Below are positions 60,011 through 64,000 of a DNA stretch of 64,000 nucleotides, piece by piece. This DNA comes from Dehalococcoidia bacterium (GTDB taxonomy: Bacteria; Chloroflexota; Dehalococcoidia; Lucifugimonadales; UBA3495). The stretch is from assembly GCA_030740155.1 (NCBI GenBank), contig JASLXV010000025.1:32001-96000 (forward strand), in the 5' to 3' direction. The stretch's first letter is position 1. Each line of letters begins with the position of its first letter. A program made the translations under genes and the position numbers. The notes beneath the pieces are model-generated. The model was not told the origin of the DNA and did no database searches. It worked only from the letters and a program-made list of their open reading frames with translations.

Positions 60011-61474
60011 ATGCGCACTTTGCTCAGGCACCGGGTCGTGGTATTGCTGGGACTTGTTCTGCTAGCTGGGCTGGCCTCATTCGCCTGTGGCGGCGGTAAA
60101 GAGATCGATACTGAGAAGCTGGTGCCGGAGGGTTCCAGCTTGATCGGCAGTATCCAGTTTGAAAAGATTCTGAACGATGTGGACCTGGAGTCGATCTACC
60201 AAGCCTTGCCCGTTGACGGGGGTGATCTTCAGACGATCGACCAACTCCTGAACGAGGCCATGGCGCAGACGGGGGTGGACTTCCGGAAGATTTCTCACGC
60301 CACGTTTTTCGCCGATGTCTCGCGGCCCGGTGATTTTCTTGGAATCATCGTCCGCGGCAGCTTCGATGAAGACGCCGTTGTTGCCGCTCTCCAAGCAGCC
60401 GGAGAGGCGCCGCTGACGGCAACGGATTACAAAGGACGGCGGGTCCACTCGGCCGAAGATGATCAGGACCAAGGGGCTCTGGTGGTGTTGGAGGGAGATA
60501 ATCTGGTCGTGGGCACCCTGGAGGCAGTCCGGGCGGTGATCGACGTCTAGGACGGGGATCGTGATCGGGCATCAGGTGAGGTGCAGGCCGCTCTCAGCGA
60601 CCTTGATGATGGGCTGATTCGATTGGTACTGGAAGTCCCCTCCGGGGCGCTCCAGGACCAGTTGCCCCTCGGTGACATCCCCTTCCTGGGCGACAGCGTC
60701 GAGAATCTGCCGGCGGTGCTGGGCGCCGTTCGGGACTTGGCGCTCGTTGGGTTGTCCCTGGACCAGGACGGGCAGGACTTGAAGTTGAGGGTGACCCTGA
60801 ACTTTGGAAGCGCCGATTCGGCAACCGTGTTCGGCAATTTCCTGGACGGCATCTTGAAACTCGTTTCGGGGGCGAGTCCCGACGCCCAGACCAGGGAATT
60901 GGTGGAGCGGCTGCAGATCGACGTTGATGGAGACGGAGTGGCGATCAGTCTGGAGATTGCCGTTGCTGAGCTGAGCCAGTTGTTTAGCGATTTGGTTAGC
61001 GTTTCAAGTGCCGAAATGTCAGTGGTGGTTCCCCCGGCGGCGCCTAACTTGGATCCCGCCTATCGAATAGTGACCATGCCAACCGCGAACCATGTCCCTG
61101 ATGGGGATAGCGTGGACTACAACACCACGCCACCCACCTCGGGCGACCACCTGGTGGGTTGGGCAGACTGCGGTTTCTATCCCGGGGGACTGCCCGACGA
61201 GCTGATAGTACATAATCTGGAGCACAGCAACATCGTGGTCAGCTACAACCTGCCCGCCGGCGATGACGTGGCGCGGCTCCGCGGCATCATGGACGGTCTC
61301 GGCTTGGCGGCGGATTGGGGCGTGACCCGGTCCTACGACAAGATTCCCGCGGGCACCGTGGCCCTCGCCGCTTGGGGCAGGCTGGACACGGCCCAAGGAG
61401 TCGACCGGGGCAAGATCGAGCGCTTCTTTGATGCTTACGCCGATGCCCTGGGGCCGGAGCGTATTCCCTGTTAA
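60011..61474 (+). pseudogene. Lipoprotein with C-terminal DUF3105-like domain, interrupted by in-frame TAG at 60548-60550
   Basis: ORFs 60011..60550 and 60581..61474 share a frame. Lipobox SFAC; C-terminal NHV...YNTTPPTSGDH...VHNLEH...ALAAWG. Confidence 0.75.
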
Positions 61475-61950
61475 GGGGTGAGGACCGAAGTCCATCCGAG
61501 GCCGCCGGGCCGGCTGCGGCCCTTCGGAATGGCCGGATTCCGGAGTGGTCTTGGAACGCCCGGCTGGCTACTGGTGGAGAAAGTGGGAGAGTTTTTCCAC
61601 TTCGAATCGCATTTCGTAACAAAGATTTAACATTTTGGTGTGAAAGTTTGGCTTTTGGGGCTACTCATATTCTAAATAGCAGGTTATAATACTCTACTAA
61701 CTTGGCAGATACGCTTGGCGGGAGAAACTTTTCCAAGCTGGCGGGGCCGGCCTTTTGCTATTGGAATCCGGAGAGCCGAGACCTCGGGCCTTTTGAGACC
61801 GTAATCGATTGTGATATATTTATCAAATAATTATTCGAGCCCTCGATTGCGGGGCGCTCCACGGGCTTGCGAGCAGGCGGCCACGGTTATTCGTTGGCGG
61901 GCCCAGATGCGAGACTCGTTGTTCGAAAACCTTAAGCCAGGAAACACCAG

Positions 61951-64000
61951 ATGAACCCATTTAAAGAGCTGGCCCGGCAAGGGCTGTATTCGCCCGAGCA
62001 AGAGCATGATAGTTGCGGCGTAGGTGTAGTCGCTAACATCAGGGGCGAGAAGTCACACCAGATAATCGGTGAGTCACTGCAAGTGCTGGTCAACCTCGGC
62101 CACCGGGGAGCCGCCGGCTGCGACCCGGAGACCGGCGACGGGGCCGGCATCCTCATCCAAATGCCCCACCGGTTTTTCCGGGCGGAAGGTTCCCGGTTGG
62201 GCATCGACCTACCCGCTGATGGGGACTACGGGGTCGGCATGGTGTTTTTACCCCCCCAACCCGAGAGTCAAGAGAAATGCCGGGGACTGGTGGAGCGGGT
62301 CATCGAGCAAGAAGGGTTGGAGTTCTTGGGTTGGCGAGAAGTGCCCGTGGACCCCAGCAAACTGGGCCGGGATTCCCGCCGCGTTTGCCCCAGTATCTGG
62401 CAGGTGTTCATCGGCCCTGGCTCCCGGATCGACGGCCGAGACCAACTGGAGCGAAAGCTCTACGTGGTCCGCAAGGTGATAGAACACGGCGCGGAAGATT
62501 GGGGCCTCACCGACGAAGAGGCCGACTATTTCTATATTTGCAGCCTGTCTTGCAACACCATCGTCTACAAAGGCCTGCTGTTGGCCCACCAGATCTTGGG
62601 GTTCTACCGGGACCTGGCCGACGAGACGTTGGTGAGCGCCTTCGGGCTGGTCCACTCCCGGTTCAGCACCAATACCCTGGGACACTGGAAGCTGGCTCAC
62701 CCCTACCGGTATTTGGCCCACAACGGTGAGATCAACACCCTGCGAGGTAACCTCAACTGGATGCATGCCCGCGAGGCCCAGTTTCAGTCGACGCTGTTTG
62801 GCGAGGATATGCGCAAGATCCCGCCCATCATGACAGCGGGGGCCAGCGATACTGCCAGCATCGACAACGCCCTGGAACTGTTGCTCATGACCGGACGGGA
62901 CCTGGACCACGCCATGCTCATGCTGATCCCTGAGGCGTGGGAGCAGCACACAACCATGATCCAGGAGAAGAAGGACTTCTTCGAGTACCATTCCTGCCTG
63001 ATGGAGCCGTGGGACGGCCCGGCGATGATCGTTTCCAGCAACGGGCGCAGCATCTGCGCCCTGCTCGACCGGAACGGCTTCCGCCCCTTCCGCTACACCA
63101 TTACCAAAGACGACAAGCTGGTGATGTCCTCGGAAACGGGCGTGCTGAACATCCCTCCGTCGCAGATTAAAGAGAAAGGCAGGCTTCAACCCGGCCGGAT
63201 GTTCCTGGTCAACCTTGAAGAAGGGCGGATTATCGGTGACGAGGAGTTGAAGCACAAACTGGCCAGTCGGCAGCCCTACGGCCAGTGGTTGAACGACTAC
63301 AAGGTGGCCCTGGATGACCTGCCTGAACCGGCCGGCCTCGCCGCCGCGTCTTCCCCAGGGGCCGGAGCTAACAGTGACGGCCGTTCCGATTTGCGGCAGC
63401 AGAAGCAGGCCTTCGGTTATACCATGGAAGAGCTTCGCATGCTGACCGCGCCCATGGCCCGCCACGGCGCCGAAGCGGTCGGCTCCATGGGGAACGACAC
63501 CCCCCTGGCGGTGTTGTCCGACCAGAACCAACTGCTGTTCAACTACTTCAAGCAGTTCTTCGCCCAGGTGACCAATCCGCCGTTGGACGCTATTCGGGAG
63601 GAGTTGGTGACCTCCCTTCAGTCTTTCATCGGCTGTGACCAGAACCTCTTCGAAGAGACGGCAAAGCACTGTCACCAGTTGCAGTTGATGTCACCGATTA
63701 TCTCCGACCGGGACCTACAGAAGATCCGGAAGGTCAATGTTGGGGAAGTCCGGTCCATAACCTTGTCCAGCCTGTTTGACGCCCTGCACGGGCCGAACTC
63801 TCTGAAGTCGGCCTTGGACCGGCTGCGCGCCGAAGCATCCCGGGCCATCCGGGATGGCTACAGCATCATCATCCTTTCCGACCGGGGTGTGGACCGGCAA
63901 CATGCTCCCATTCCCAGCCTGCTGGCCACGGCGGCGGTGCACCATCACCTGATCCGCGAGGGCACCCGCACCAAGGTGGGGCTGGTGGTGGAGTCCGGCG
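61951..64000 (+). CDS. gltB: Glutamate synthase large subunit (runs off window)
   Basis: Read manually: GLYSPEQEHDSCGVG, HRGA..D..TGDGAG, HSRFSTNT, HNGEINT, EPWDGP, LDRNG.RP, GSMGNDTPLA, FAQVTNPP. Confidence 0.97.
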   Translation, partial: MNPFKELARQGLYSPEQEHDSCGVGVVANIRGEKSHQIIGESLQVLVNLGHRGAAGCDPETGDGAGILIQMPHRFFRAEGSRLGIDLPADGDYGVGMVFLPPQPESQEKCRGLVERVIEQEGLEFLGWREVPVDPSKLGRDSRRVCPSIWQVFIGPGSRIDGRDQLERKLYVVRKVIEHGAEDWGLTDEEADYFYICSLSCNTIVYKGLLLAHQILGFYRDLADETLVSAFGLVHSRFSTNTLGHWKLAHPYRYLAHNGEINTLRGNLNWMHAREAQFQSTLFGEDMRKIPPIMTAGASDTASIDNALELLLMTGRDLDHAMLMLIPEAWEQHTTMIQEKKDFFEYHSCLMEPWDGPAMIVSSNGRSICALLDRNGFRPFRYTITKDDKLVMSSETGVLNIPPSQIKEKGRLQPGRMFLVNLEEGRIIGDEELKHKLASRQPYGQWLNDYKVALDDLPEPAGLAAASSPGAGANSDGRSDLRQQKQAFGYTMEELRMLTAPMARHGAEAVGSMGNDTPLAVLSDQNQLLFNYFKQFFAQVTNPPLDAIREELVTSLQSFIGCDQNLFEETAKHCHQLQLMSPIISDRDLQKIRKVNVGEVRSITLSSLFDALHGPNSLKSALDRLRAEASRAIRDGYSIIILSDRGVDRQHAPIPSLLATAAVHHHLIREGTRTKVGLVVESG

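Noticed and set aside
60548..60550. Pyrrolysine or genome-wide amber recoding
   Set aside because: TAG is the evident stop of many conserved genes here (glyA, rplL, rplK, nusG); no pyl genes are in the window.

Overview
GC-rich bacterial chromosome window. The 16S sequence, the unlinked rRNA gene and the paralog expansions of SDR, F420-LLM and CaiB/BaiF genes suggest Chloroflexota, Dehalococcoidia, probably SAR202-like (inference, no search run). Core loci: glyA, rpsF-ssb-rpsR, hom-thrC-folE, tRNA(Thr-Tyr-Thr)-tuf-rpmG-secE-nusG-rplKAJL, apt, a stand-alone 16S rRNA, thiL-tsaE-tsaB-ndk, rsfS and the 5' part of gltB. Accessory genes: dCTP deaminase, a PAS-kinase/NarL/receiver/ECF-sigma cascade, 4 SDRs, 3 family III CoA-transferases, 2 LLM oxidoreductases, several hydrolases, mycothiol-pathway-like genes and hicAB. 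The main signals missed by the ORF track are two UGA-readthrough (selenocysteine) candidates with similar SECIS-like hairpins. One is a UGSC-motif protein coupled to an uncharacterised partner that has a paralog at 42.9 kb. The other is a YccU-type CoA-binding protein with UGA at the conserved Cys position. Also seen: a catalytically dead S41 peptidase lipoprotein, three interrupted genes, a probable ACG start in rsfS, candidate leader/ncRNA structures and several REP-like palindromes. No CRISPR array, integrase or transposase was seen.
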